Below are positions 18,556 to 27,601 of a stretch of DNA of 64,000 nucleotides, one piece after another (position 1 is the stretch's first letter; each line of letters begins with the position of its first letter). Below the pieces are notes generated by a model that saw nothing but the letters and a program-made list of their open reading frames with translations, made no database searches and had not been told where the DNA came from. The position numbers and the translations under genes are program-made. Origin of the DNA: Clostridia bacterium (GTDB taxonomy: Bacteria > Bacillota > Clostridia > Christensenellales > RUG350); contig JAFQWW010000015.1 of the NCBI GenBank assembly GCA_017407285.1, forward strand, positions 1,881-65,880, read 5' to 3'.

Positions 18556-19209
18556 ATGAAATTTAATTTTATTGATAAGTCCAAAACTAAATCTTTAGAC
18601 AACGTTATGATAGATAAAAATTCCGTGGTGCTACTCTCCACGGATTTTTTGCCTACTATAGATCTAGACGACGAATTGACTGGTGTAACCAACTTTATAA
18701 AATCGCTATGCGTTAAAAGTCGAGATTTTTCATGCACCATATTGGGTGGCACGACACTACTTTGCAAAAACAAAAAATATTGGGGAACGCTCGTTGTAGA
18801 TCAAGGTAAATTCTTGGGCATATCCGATATGACGCACCCGATGAACGAGGACTACGACAAAAGCGGAATTTTGAGGGTTTTCGACACGAGTCGAGGTAGA
18901 TTAGGGGTAGTCAGTGGCGACGATATATGTTTTTTTGAAATCTCAAGAATGATGAAACTGTGGGAATGTGACGTGTTAATCTTTTCACTAAACAAAAAGG
19001 TTAGCCGTAAATACAAAGTCCTTTCCGAAGCCCAAGCCATATCCAACGGAGTTAGTTGTATCCTTTTTTCCTCCTCCGCGCACGCGTATTACACCAAGAA
19101 AAACTTCAAAAGCAAGAATATTTTGGACGTTGAGGTAAAAAATAACGATATTTATATAGAAAAAAGACGACCTGAGATATACTCCGAGATCGTCAAAAAG
19201 CCTTTTTAG
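18556..19209 (+). CDS. Hypothetical protein, possibly a degenerate carbon-nitrogen-hydrolase-like fold
   Basis: 217 aa with a GGAGG RBS. The segment GRLGVVSGDDICFFEISRMMKLWECDVLI resembles the nitrilase-superfamily Cys strand, but the Glu and Lys motifs are not evident. Confidence 0.3.
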   Translation: MKFNFIDKSKTKSLDNVMIDKNSVVLLSTDFLPTIDLDDELTGVTNFIKSLCVKSRDFSCTILGGTTLLCKNKKYWGTLVVDQGKFLGISDMTHPMNEDYDKSGILRVFDTSRGRLGVVSGDDICFFEISRMMKLWECDVLIFSLNKKVSRKYKVLSEAQAISNGVSCILFSSSAHAYYTKKNFKSKNILDVEVKNNDIYIEKRRPEIYSEIVKKPF

Positions 19210-19673
19210 ATTTTCATAGTTTTTTTGAGTCCTTTTACTAGCGGTATGCCACCTGCGTATATAACCACGCTTTGGGAAACTAGCAAGGACAATACGTTTA
19301 GTATATACAATTCCCCTACCCCCATAACAGACCAAATAATAGGTAGGATAAAGGCGTTTAGTAGAATAGGCGGAAGCCCTGCTAACCAAACGTTTTTAAT
19401 TTTACTAGTTAAAAATCCTGCAACGAGGGTTACTAAAGAGCCCACCACGACGTCCCAAACACCGAATGGAGAAGAAAGATTAGCAAGCGCGCACCCGATA
19501 CACAATCCCACGCTTGCCTCGGGGAATAACATAGGTAACAAGCACATAGCCTCAGCCAATCTAAACTGAATAGCCCCGAAACTAATGGGGGCGAGCAAAG
19601 TGGTTAAGCAAAAATAAAGCGCCGATATCACGGCGCAACGAATAAGTACTAAAACGGATTTGTTCATTTTCAT
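19206..19673 (-). CDS. queT: Queuosine-precursor transporter QueT (ECF S-component-like)
   Basis: ~155-aa membrane protein reading LIRCAVISALYFCLTTLLAPISFGAIQFRLAEAMCLLP. The start at MKMNK (19673) has a GAGG RBS and is preceded by a preQ1 riboswitch. Confidence 0.8.
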   Translation of the reverse strand: MKMNKSVLVLIRCAVISALYFCLTTLLAPISFGAIQFRLAEAMCLLPMLFPEASVGLCIGCALANLSSPFGVWDVVVGSLVTLVAGFLTSKIKNVWLAGLPPILLNAFILPIIWSVMGVGELYILNVLSLLVSQSVVIYAGGIPLVKGLKKTMKI

Positions 19674-19674
19674 A

Positions 19675-19716
19675 CCTCGGTTTTTATTTACGACGGGTAG
19701 CCGATATACCGTCGAA
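19675..19716 (-). promoter_or_regulatory. preQ1-I riboswitch
   Basis: Minus-strand RNA: CGACGG-UAUAUCGGCUAC-CCGUCG-UAAAUAAAAACCGAGG. It has a P1 hairpin and the conserved GCUAC/CCC loop as in B. subtilis queC (AGAGGUUCUAGCUACACCCUCUAUAAAAAACUAA). An A-rich tail follows. Loop UCGG can pair with tail CCGA (pseudoknot P2) abutting the GAGG Shine-Dalgarno. A TTGATT-17-TAAAAT promoter lies just upstream. Confidence 0.8.
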
Positions 19717-19788
19717 TTGATTTTAACACTTTTAATAGTCAAAATCAACTATTTTCGCACTTTTTTCTTTGAACACACGCTATTTAAC

Positions 19789-19817
19789 TTGCAAAAACTA
19801 TATTTTTGGAATATAAT
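19789..19817 (+). promoter_or_regulatory. Sigma-70-type promoter of the symporter gene
   Basis: TTGCAA (19789-19794), a 17-bp spacer, then TATAAT (19812-19817). Confidence 0.55.
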
Positions 19818-19848
19818 TTTTGTAAATGTTTTATAAGGACGTGTACTT

Positions 19849-21345
19849 ATGGATAAAAACACTATTTGTATACTTGCGCTTATTGTTTACGTATTAGGTA
19901 TGATAGCGATAGCGTACGTTTCTAGAAAAAGAAGTGCAACCTTGTCCGAATTTTATCTTGCAGGTAAAGGCGTAGGTCCTTGGATGTCCGCGTTTGCGTA
20001 CGGTACGACCTACTTCTCTTCCGTTATTCTCATCGGATACGCAGGAAAACTCGGATACTTATTTGGTTTAGGCGTACTTTTGATTGGCGTAGGTAACGCA
20101 GTTATCGGCACCTATCTTCCTTGGAAAGTTTTGGCAAAACGAACCAAAATAATGACCTCCAAAATGGGAGCAAAGACCATGCCTGAGTTTTTCGAGTCCC
20201 GTTACGGTGACAACAAAATCAAACTCATAACCGGTCTTATTATCGGAATATTCCTTATACCTTACTCGGCATCAGTTTACCAAGGTTTGGGAGAATTGTT
20301 CTCGGCAGTATTCGGAATAGATCCCTCTATGCAACAGACCTTATTTATCGTATGCGTCGTATGCTTAGCAGGTATAACCGCGCTCTACGTATTCTTTGGC
20401 GGATATTTTGCAACCGCATTATCCGACTTTATTCAAGGTATTATAATGCTCGTTGGTATAGTCGTAGCCGTCATCTACGTTTACGCAAACGCAGGCGGAC
20501 TAGACGCGTTTACAAGTCTTACCGAACTCGGTAAAGGCATTATTCCCCAAAACGGATTATTTGACCTTATCGTATTAGTGCTCTTGACCTCGCTCGGTCC
20601 TTGGGGACTACCTCAAATACTTCACAAGTTCTACGCAGTCCGCGACAAATCAACGGTTAAACGCGGTACCGTCGTATCCACCGTATTCTGTTTAGTAGTA
20701 GGTGTGTGCGCGTACGGAGCAGGTGCAACTGGTTCGTTGTATCAAGGAACGGACGCATTAGCAGGAGCAGGAAAATTTGACTCCATTATGCCTTCTATCT
20801 ACAATAGCGTATTACCCGACGTCGTTATAGCAGTCCTTGTAGTTATGGTTCTTGCAGCAAGTATGTCCACCCTAGCGTCACTAGGAATGTCTTGTTCGTC
20901 CTCGGTTACGGTAGACGTATACGGCGGATATATAAACAAAAAGGTTACGGACAAAAAACTCAATATGCTCACTCGTTTTGCAAGCGTATTCTTCATCGCT
21001 TTATCCGCAGTAATAGCAATATTCAAACCTGCAGGTATCGTAGAACTCATGGGCTTTTCATGGGGAACGTTGGCAGGATGCTTTATAGGTCCTTACCTTT
21101 ACGGTCTTTTCATGAAAAAAGCGAATAAATACGGAGCGTGGGCATCCATTATCTCTACATTCATTATCACGATTGCTCTCGTATTCGTACCCGGCATCGG
21201 CATGAAAAACACTCCCTTAATCGGTGTAATTTGTATGTTCGCATCTCTAATCGTCACCCCCGTATTCAGCTTGATTTTCGCAAAGCGTGCAACGAACAAA
21301 AACCTCGACTACGACTACTCGTACGTCAAAGACGCAGATTTTTAA
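19849..21345 (+). CDS. Sodium:solute symporter family transporter (PutP/PanF-like)
   Basis: 498 aa with ~13 TM segments and an SSF-like N-terminal region (EFYLAGKGVGPWMSAFAYGTTYFSS). The substrate is not assignable. Confidence 0.75.
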   Translation: MDKNTICILALIVYVLGMIAIAYVSRKRSATLSEFYLAGKGVGPWMSAFAYGTTYFSSVILIGYAGKLGYLFGLGVLLIGVGNAVIGTYLPWKVLAKRTKIMTSKMGAKTMPEFFESRYGDNKIKLITGLIIGIFLIPYSASVYQGLGELFSAVFGIDPSMQQTLFIVCVVCLAGITALYVFFGGYFATALSDFIQGIIMLVGIVVAVIYVYANAGGLDAFTSLTELGKGIIPQNGLFDLIVLVLLTSLGPWGLPQILHKFYAVRDKSTVKRGTVVSTVFCLVVGVCAYGAGATGSLYQGTDALAGAGKFDSIMPSIYNSVLPDVVIAVLVVMVLAASMSTLASLGMSCSSSVTVDVYGGYINKKVTDKKLNMLTRFASVFFIALSAVIAIFKPAGIVELMGFSWGTLAGCFIGPYLYGLFMKKANKYGAWASIISTFIITIALVFVPGIGMKNTPLIGVICMFASLIVTPVFSLIFAKRATNKNLDYDYSYVKDADF

Positions 21346-21366
21346 TAAAATATAATATTGTAAACG

Positions 21367-21395
21367 AAAAACCGCACTAATTAGTGCGGTTTTTG
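21367..21395. terminator. Bidirectional rho-independent terminator
   Basis: AACCGCACTAA/TTAGTGCGGTT palindrome (21370-21391) flanked by an A-run and a T-run, between convergent genes. Confidence 0.8.
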
Positions 21396-21405
21396 CTTTT
21401 CGAAA

Positions 21406-21840
21406 TCACTTATTCACGTCTTTTGCTAGATATTCTATTGCTTCTATATATCCGTCAAAGCCTTTACCCATAATGGTTTTTTCCGCAAACTTTGATACGT
21501 AAGATATTTGACGGAAATCTTCACGTGACTTGACGTCGGAGATATGAACTTCCACTGTCTTTATGCCTACGGCTTTCAATGCGTCCAATATCGCGACACT
21601 CGTGTGCGTATACGCACCGGGGTTGATGACTATTCCATCAAACTGGCGATATGCTTTCTGGATATAGTCCACTATTTTTCCCTCGCTATTACTTTGTACG
21701 CATTTCACGGAAACGGAGGCTTTTTTTGCGCTTTTTTTGATATAGGATACGAGATCACGATAGGTATTTTTACCGTAAACGTCGGGTTCACGAATACCAA
21801 GCATATTGAGATTTACACCGTTAATTACTAGTATTTTCAT
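21406..21840 (-). CDS. aroQ: 3-dehydroquinate dehydratase, type II
   Basis: MKILVINGVNLNMLGIREPDVYG N-terminus and 144 aa. Confidence 0.95.
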   Translation of the reverse strand: MKILVINGVNLNMLGIREPDVYGKNTYRDLVSYIKKSAKKASVSVKCVQSNSEGKIVDYIQKAYRQFDGIVINPGAYTHTSVAILDALKAVGIKTVEVHISDVKSREDFRQISYVSKFAEKTIMGKGFDGYIEAIEYLAKDVNK

Positions 21841-23053
21841 ACAGCTCCTCCACTATTTTTCTTGCGACCTCGTCCACTGTATCGTCGTTCAATACCTCTA
21901 TATCGCAACTACTCTCGTATAATTCTTTTCTTTCCTCGTAAAGCGCTAAGACAGCGTTTTTATCACGGGACAACGGTCTACCGTTTTGAGCCAATTCATT
22001 TAGATCGCGTTTTATATATACCACCACGCCGTTTTGCTTAGCACATTTCACGTTTTCCGCGCGTTTTATCGCGCCACCGCCCAATGAGAGAATCTGACCT
22101 CTTTCCTTAGAAAAATCCGATATAACTTCGCTCTCCGTTTTTCTAAAGTCGTCCTCGCCAAATTTCTCAAATATCCGAGGTATGCTCATACCCCGTCTTT
22201 TAACGATTTCTTCGTCCGTATCCACGAACTTTTTGCCCAATAGTAAGGCAAGTTTTTTACCCACGGTACTCTTTCCGCACCCCGGCATACCTATTAAAAC
22301 GACGTTCTCGAAGTTTTTCTTCAAATCGCTATATACCCTTTCTATTATATCCTCACTGCCCTCTTCTTGGAAGAACAAATCTTTAGCATACTTGGCTTGC
22401 GCCACGAGCATTTTAAGTCCGTTACTGTAGGATAGTCCTCGCTCTTCCGCTTGAATTATGATATCGGTTTTAAGAGGATTGTATATAGGATCAAATACCC
22501 CCGATAAATTTTTAAATTTTGCAAGATCCAACACCCTCTCTCCGTTCTTTGGATACATTCCAACCGGTGTGGTGTTTATCACAATATCAACGTCGTAATC
22601 GTAGCAGTTTGAGTAATTCACCTCGCCCGATCTCGACACGACAACGATATCTTTAGCCCCACGCATTTTACACAAATATCTTGCAGTCAAACTCGTGCCA
22701 CCCGAACCTAATATCATAACCTTTTTCCCAAAAAGCGTGATATTTGCTCTAGCCATAGCGTAGTCCATACCCAAGACGTCGGTATTGTATCCGTACGTTT
22801 TGCCACTACGTCTAACCACCGTATTGACCGCGCCTATTGCTTTTGCGGTGTCGTCCACGTAATCCAAGTACTCCATTACGATCTTTTTGTAAGGAATGGT
22901 AACGTTAAATCCGTCGTATTCCCCACCTCTTACAAAAGATTCGACCTCGTCTGCGCCCAATTCCACCAAGTCGTAATCGTAACCGAACCTCTCGTGAATA
23001 TCTTTAGACAAACTGTGTCCGAGTTTTTCGCCAATAAGACAATACTTTGCCAT
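21821..23053 (-). CDS. aroE: Bifunctional shikimate dehydrogenase / shikimate kinase (AroE-AroK fusion)
   Basis: N-terminal AroE motifs (LIGEKLGHSLSKDIHERFG; VMILGSGGTSLTARY) and a C-terminal AroK P-loop (VVLIGMPGCGKSTVGKKLA...VDTDEEI) in one 410-aa ORF. Confidence 0.9.
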   Translation of the reverse strand: MAKYCLIGEKLGHSLSKDIHERFGYDYDLVELGADEVESFVRGGEYDGFNVTIPYKKIVMEYLDYVDDTAKAIGAVNTVVRRSGKTYGYNTDVLGMDYAMARANITLFGKKVMILGSGGTSLTARYLCKMRGAKDIVVVSRSGEVNYSNCYDYDVDIVINTTPVGMYPKNGERVLDLAKFKNLSGVFDPIYNPLKTDIIIQAEERGLSYSNGLKMLVAQAKYAKDLFFQEEGSEDIIERVYSDLKKNFENVVLIGMPGCGKSTVGKKLALLLGKKFVDTDEEIVKRRGMSIPRIFEKFGEDDFRKTESEVISDFSKERGQILSLGGGAIKRAENVKCAKQNGVVVYIKRDLNELAQNGRPLSRDKNAVLALYEERKELYESSCDIEVLNDDTVDEVARKIVEELYENTSN

Positions 23054-24195
23054 TATTTAACCTCGCTATAACTACCCAAGAAAATGAAATCTTGCGCTTC
23101 GTTGTCGAGTTCTCCTATAAGATTTAGTACTTGCTTGTCTTGAACGTTTGCCTCGAAATCAAAGTAGAACATAAATTCAAAACTCGTGTTTTCCAAAGGT
23201 CTAGATTCAAGTTTGGTAAGGTTTAGGTTTAGTGTGGAGAATTTATTCAATATCTTATTCAATCTTCCAGCCTCGTGAGATACGGTCATCATGATAGATA
23301 TTCTATCTGCTCCCTCGAAAATCTCCAAATTCTTACTAATACAAATAAATCTCGTGTAGTTGTTGTCCGCGCTTTGGATATTGCTCTTCAAGCACTCCAA
23401 ATCGTATATTCCCATACATTCCTTGCTACAAATGCACGCAATATCCATTCTATCGCTCTCGGCTACCATTTTTGCAGCAATAGCAGTGTTCGCGCAAGTC
23501 GTGATCTTAACGTTATCGCCCAAAGTTTTCAAGAAAGGTTTGCATTGATTTATTGCTTGCTCGTGAGAAATAATCTCCTTAACACCCTCAAGTTTTACGC
23601 CACGTTTTGCAAGCAAACTGTGTTGAATACGGAGTTTTATGCTACGCACAATGTGGAAATTATGCTCCTTCATCAAGTCGTATACGGCATTTACCGAACC
23701 TGCTATGCTATTTTCAATAGGCAATACGCCGTATTTGCAAAGTCCTTTTTCTACCGCGCTAAATACACCCTCGAAATTTTTGAAATACATAATATTGGAC
23801 AAGGTAAAGAGTTTTTCGCACGCTATATTAGAATACGCACCGTCTATTCCTTGACACGCAACGTTTGCTTTCACGGGAAACTCCGCTACACCACGAGACA
23901 AAACTTCGGCTATTTTATCACGAGCCGGGGAAGAACCGTCAATGTAGCGAAGTTGATACGCTTTGCTCGTTTCAAACAAGGTCTCGAAAACTTGCTTGGT
24001 GTAACCTTTCAAATCGTCCTCAACCTTTTCGGTCACGCGATTTAGAACTTCTTTTTCTCTTTTTGAGTTAGCAACGCCCTTGCCATCTTTATTCTTCTGC
24101 TCCGCAATTTCTTTGGAGATAGCCATTCTTTTTAGGTATAAATCCACTATACCGTCGTCAATCTCGTCTATCTTTTGTCTCAAATCTTCCAACAT
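23053..24195 (-). CDS. pheA: Chorismate mutase / prephenate dehydratase (P-protein)
   Basis: An N-terminal CM helix pair (LRQKIDEIDDGIVDLYLKRMAISKEIAEQK), then a PDT domain and a C-terminal ACT-like region. 380 aa. Confidence 0.9.
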   Translation of the reverse strand: MLEDLRQKIDEIDDGIVDLYLKRMAISKEIAEQKNKDGKGVANSKREKEVLNRVTEKVEDDLKGYTKQVFETLFETSKAYQLRYIDGSSPARDKIAEVLSRGVAEFPVKANVACQGIDGAYSNIACEKLFTLSNIMYFKNFEGVFSAVEKGLCKYGVLPIENSIAGSVNAVYDLMKEHNFHIVRSIKLRIQHSLLAKRGVKLEGVKEIISHEQAINQCKPFLKTLGDNVKITTCANTAIAAKMVAESDRMDIACICSKECMGIYDLECLKSNIQSADNNYTRFICISKNLEIFEGADRISIMMTVSHEAGRLNKILNKFSTLNLNLTKLESRPLENTSFEFMFYFDFEANVQDKQVLNLIGELDNEAQDFIFLGSYSEVK

Positions 24196-24196
24196 T

Positions 24197-25300
24197 TCAA
24201 ATTCCCTTCCTTTTACTCAATATCGTATCGTATACTACTAAATTTACCGCACTTTCCACGCCTACTACCGCTCTCGTCACGATACACGCGTCGTGTCTGC
24301 CACCTATTTTTATCACTACGTTTTCTCCACTTTCAAGATTTACCGTTTCTTGTTCTTTGGAGATAGACGGAGTGGGCTTAAAGGCTACTCTCATCGTCAT
24401 ATCCATTCCGTTTGAAATACCGCCGTTTATGCCACCGTTATTATTCGTCTTGGTAACAACCTTTCCGTTTTCAAACCTAAAGGCGTCGTTAGCAAAACTT
24501 CCTCTCATCTTGGATATATCGAATCCTGCTCCAAACTCTACGCCTTTGACTGCGGGTATGGAATACAAAAATCCTGCAAGTCGTCCTTCCATGCCTCCCG
24601 TTAGTTCGCCACCAAGTCCAGTAGGCAAACCAAACGCGATACACTCCACGACTCCACCTACCGAATCTCCGTCCAATCTAGCGTTTATTATCTCGCTTTC
24701 CATATCTTCGCGGTTAGATAGAGTCAAAAAGGATTTATCCTCTACGCCGTCGATATCTGAAATGGTTATTTTAGAGTCTTTATAACTTTTACCTTTTACG
24801 CCTGCTATCTCGCCTATATACGCACGAACCTCCACGCCTTCACGAGATAATATTTGCTTTGCTATACCGCCTGCTATACAGTGCATCAAGGTCAGTCTAC
24901 CCGAAAATCTTCCGCCACCTCTCAAATCCACCTTATCTCCGTACTTGCAAAGCGCGGTATAATCGGCATGAGAAGGTCTTGGGGTGTGTTTCAAACTCTC
25001 GTAATCACGAGAATTGTTCACCTTGTTTTTAACGGTAACTACGATATCTCCCACAACCGTACCTATTCTTTTTCCCGAAGAATTATCGATATCGAAGCCC
25101 GAGGTAAATAACAATTCGTCCGCCTCTCGTCTTGGTGTCGTGAGAGTGGGGTTGTTGCTACGACGTCTATCACAATAAGCTTGCAACTCGTCTAAATCGA
25201 TTTTCTCCCCTATCTCAACACCTTTCAAGGTAGTTACGATTTCCTCGCTATGGGACGCACCGTCTACTTGAATAGATAGATTGTCAAAGAAGTTCAACAA
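24197..25300 (-). CDS. aroC: Chorismate synthase
   Basis: GGGRFSGRLT and GGRHDACIVTRA motifs. 367 aa. Operon context. Confidence 0.9.
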   Translation of the reverse strand: MLNFFDNLSIQVDGASHSEEIVTTLKGVEIGEKIDLDELQAYCDRRRSNNPTLTTPRREADELLFTSGFDIDNSSGKRIGTVVGDIVVTVKNKVNNSRDYESLKHTPRPSHADYTALCKYGDKVDLRGGGRFSGRLTLMHCIAGGIAKQILSREGVEVRAYIGEIAGVKGKSYKDSKITISDIDGVEDKSFLTLSNREDMESEIINARLDGDSVGGVVECIAFGLPTGLGGELTGGMEGRLAGFLYSIPAVKGVEFGAGFDISKMRGSFANDAFRFENGKVVTKTNNNGGINGGISNGMDMTMRVAFKPTPSISKEQETVNLESGENVVIKIGGRHDACIVTRAVVGVESAVNLVVYDTILSKRKGI

Positions 25301-26561
25301 TTCCTTTTCCTCCTAATTTTTCCAAATCCTCAAAAAACGCAGGATAGGACTTTTCAATAGCTTGCGCATCCGTCACGGTACAATTCATTCCGTTCGCTAT
25401 CGCCATAACGACGGCGCTCATAACTATTCTGTGGTCGTTATATCCCGAAATTTCACCCATAGGCAAGGTTTTAGCCCCGCCACCGTATATTTTCAATACG
25501 TTTTCGCTATATTCGTGTCCGACACCAAAAGCATCCATAATATCTTGCACTGCTTTTAGTCTATCGCTTTCCTTGATTTTGAGTCTGTCCACACCCTTTA
25601 TCTCGCTCTCACCACTCGCGCACGCGCAACAAACGGCAATGATAGGAATGAGATCGGGGATGTCGGTAGCATCTATTGAAAGACCTTTAAGATCGGATTT
25701 TTCAATCTTTACACCGTCACTCAATATCTCGATTTTAGCGCCCATATTTTGCAAAACGGATATTATTGCTCTATCTCCTTGCAAAGAGTTTGGGTTTAGT
25801 CCTTTGACCTTAACCTCGCCACTTAATGCGCCTAGTGCAAACAAAAATGCAGAAGAGGAGTAATCTCCCTCAACGCACACGTACTCTCGCTCAAGCTTTT
25901 TTGCGCCCACAACGTCATAACCGTATTCCGTCTTTTTTATATCCGCACCGAAAGATTGCAAGACGTCCAAAGTAATGTCTATATACCCAACGGACACTCT
26001 CTCTCCCTCTAGTTTTATCTGACTCTTTCCGTCTAGTAAACTAAGCGCACATAAAAGTCCCGTGACGTTTTGAGAACTTTGCGAGGCGTCCACGACGTAC
26101 TCCCCTGCCTCTAGTTTTCCTGAGAGTTTTACAGGGAGAGAATCACCCCCGACCTCTATACCGTGCGCTCGTAAAACGTCAAGCAAAAGTTTGATAGGTC
26201 TTTTTCTTAGCCCTTCTTTGCCGTCCACAGTGGCTTTAGCGCCAAGCGCGGATAGAACGGGCAAAAGAAAGCGCAAAGTCGAACCGCTCTCACGAGCAAA
26301 TACCGATACCTCTTTCCCGTCCACCTTTTTTCTGTCCACGGGGGTTACGATATACTCACCTTCTCCTACTTTCTCAAACTCTGCGCCCAAGGCGCGGAGC
26401 ACGTCCATCGTAGCGCTAATATCCTCGTTTAAGATAAGGTTACCGACCTTGACTTTGTCCCTTGAAAATGTCGCGCACAACAGTATACGATGAGCGTACG
26501 ACTTGGAAGGTGGAACGGTAATTTCGCCCTTTATTTGATTTGGAAAAGTTCTTACTTTCAT
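25284..26561 (-). CDS. aroA: 3-phosphoshikimate 1-carboxyvinyltransferase (EPSP synthase)
   Basis: PPSKSYAHRILLCA N-terminal motif and 425 aa. Operon context. Confidence 0.95.
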   Translation of the reverse strand: MKVRTFPNQIKGEITVPPSKSYAHRILLCATFSRDKVKVGNLILNEDISATMDVLRALGAEFEKVGEGEYIVTPVDRKKVDGKEVSVFARESGSTLRFLLPVLSALGAKATVDGKEGLRKRPIKLLLDVLRAHGIEVGGDSLPVKLSGKLEAGEYVVDASQSSQNVTGLLCALSLLDGKSQIKLEGERVSVGYIDITLDVLQSFGADIKKTEYGYDVVGAKKLEREYVCVEGDYSSSAFLFALGALSGEVKVKGLNPNSLQGDRAIISVLQNMGAKIEILSDGVKIEKSDLKGLSIDATDIPDLIPIIAVCCACASGESEIKGVDRLKIKESDRLKAVQDIMDAFGVGHEYSENVLKIYGGGAKTLPMGEISGYNDHRIVMSAVVMAIANGMNCTVTDAQAIEKSYPAFFEDLEKLGGKGIVELL

Positions 26562-27601
26562 CTTAAATACTTTTTGAGTTGGTCGAGTTTTATTTCCTTA
26601 AATTCGCATTTACCTATTTTTGCGATACTAACTATAGTTATCTTATCCCCACTGACTTTTTTATCTCGTCTCATGACCTCTATCATATCCTTTTTCTCAA
26701 AGGGAGAAGGAGTCATAAGTCCGTTGTTCTTCAAAAGTTTTTCCACCAAAATGCTCTCTGCGGTTGAAAGCCAACCTTGTTTTAGCGACACGTCTGCAAT
26801 AATTTTCAAGCCCATAGCCACGCATCTGCCGTGAGGAATGGTGTAATCGCTCAATTTTTCAATAGCGTGAGCAAAGGTGTGACCGAGGTTCAATATCTTT
26901 CTATATCCGCCCTCTTTTTCATCCTTTTCTACAACCGCTTTCTTGCTTTTTACGCAAAGTGCGCAGAATTTTTCAAGGTTTGCGTGAGATAAACCGTCCT
27001 TTACGAGTTCGTATATCTCGCCACCGTCCATAATAGCGTACTTTACGCCCTCGCCCAATCCGTTCAAATATTCCTTTTCAGGCAACGAGTCCAAAGTTTT
27101 TATATCAAAAACGACCTTGATAGGCTGATAAAAAGTACCAACAAGGTTTTTACCCGCCTTCAAATCTATCGCAGTCTTTCCACCAACCGAGGAATCAATA
27201 CCTGCAAGCAAAGTGGTAGGCGCTTGAACGTAACGGATACCGCGCATATAAGTGCTTGCGCAAAATCCCGTCAAATCTCCTACAACGCCACCGCCTAAAG
27301 CCAATAAAATATCCTTTCTTGAAAACTCGTTTTCGGCTAAAAAGTTTTGAATTTTTATAAAGGTTTCTACCGTTTTACTCTTTTCTCCGTTTTTGAAAAC
27401 AAAATTATAGGTGGTAAAACCTTCTTTTTCCAAACTATTTTTTACCGTTTCAAGATATTTGCCTGCGACTTTATTGTCCGTGATTATTCCTACCTTGCAA
27501 GGTTCTGCAATCTTTCTAATCTCCACGCCGATTTTATTTAACAAGTCTTTTCCTATAACTACTTCGTAATTCGTGGATGCTTTCACCTTAATACGTTGCA
27601 T
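26558..27601 (-). CDS. aroB: 3-dehydroquinate synthase
   Basis: LALGGGVVGDLTGFCASTYMRGIRYVQAPTTLLA motif and 347 aa. Confidence 0.95.
   Translation of the reverse strand: MQRIKVKASTNYEVVIGKDLLNKIGVEIRKIAEPCKVGIITDNKVAGKYLETVKNSLEKEGFTTYNFVFKNGEKSKTVETFIKIQNFLAENEFSRKDILLALGGGVVGDLTGFCASTYMRGIRYVQAPTTLLAGIDSSVGGKTAIDLKAGKNLVGTFYQPIKVVFDIKTLDSLPEKEYLNGLGEGVKYAIMDGGEIYELVKDGLSHANLEKFCALCVKSKKAVVEKDEKEGGYRKILNLGHTFAHAIEKLSDYTIPHGRCVAMGLKIIADVSLKQGWLSTAESILVEKLLKNNGLMTPSPFEKKDMIEVMRRDKKVSGDKITIVSIAKIGKCEFKEIKLDQLKKYLR

Noticed and set aside
23275-24045. Long antisense ORFs opposite real genes: 256 aa opposite pheA, 246 aa at 6831-7571 opposite ampS, 201 aa at 28927-29532 opposite aroF, 175 aa at 32892-33419 opposite rmuC, 155 aa at 5228-5695 opposite GH13, and 154 aa at 7900-8364 opposite galT.
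   Set aside because: Every one is in exact codon register with the sense gene (start coordinate congruent mod 3 with the sense-gene codon boundary). Each is therefore open only where the sense gene happens to lack TTA/CTA/TCA codons. They have no RBS, their composition is odd (Arg/Ser/Phe/Cys-rich), and they show no family resemblance. They are mirror-frame artefacts.
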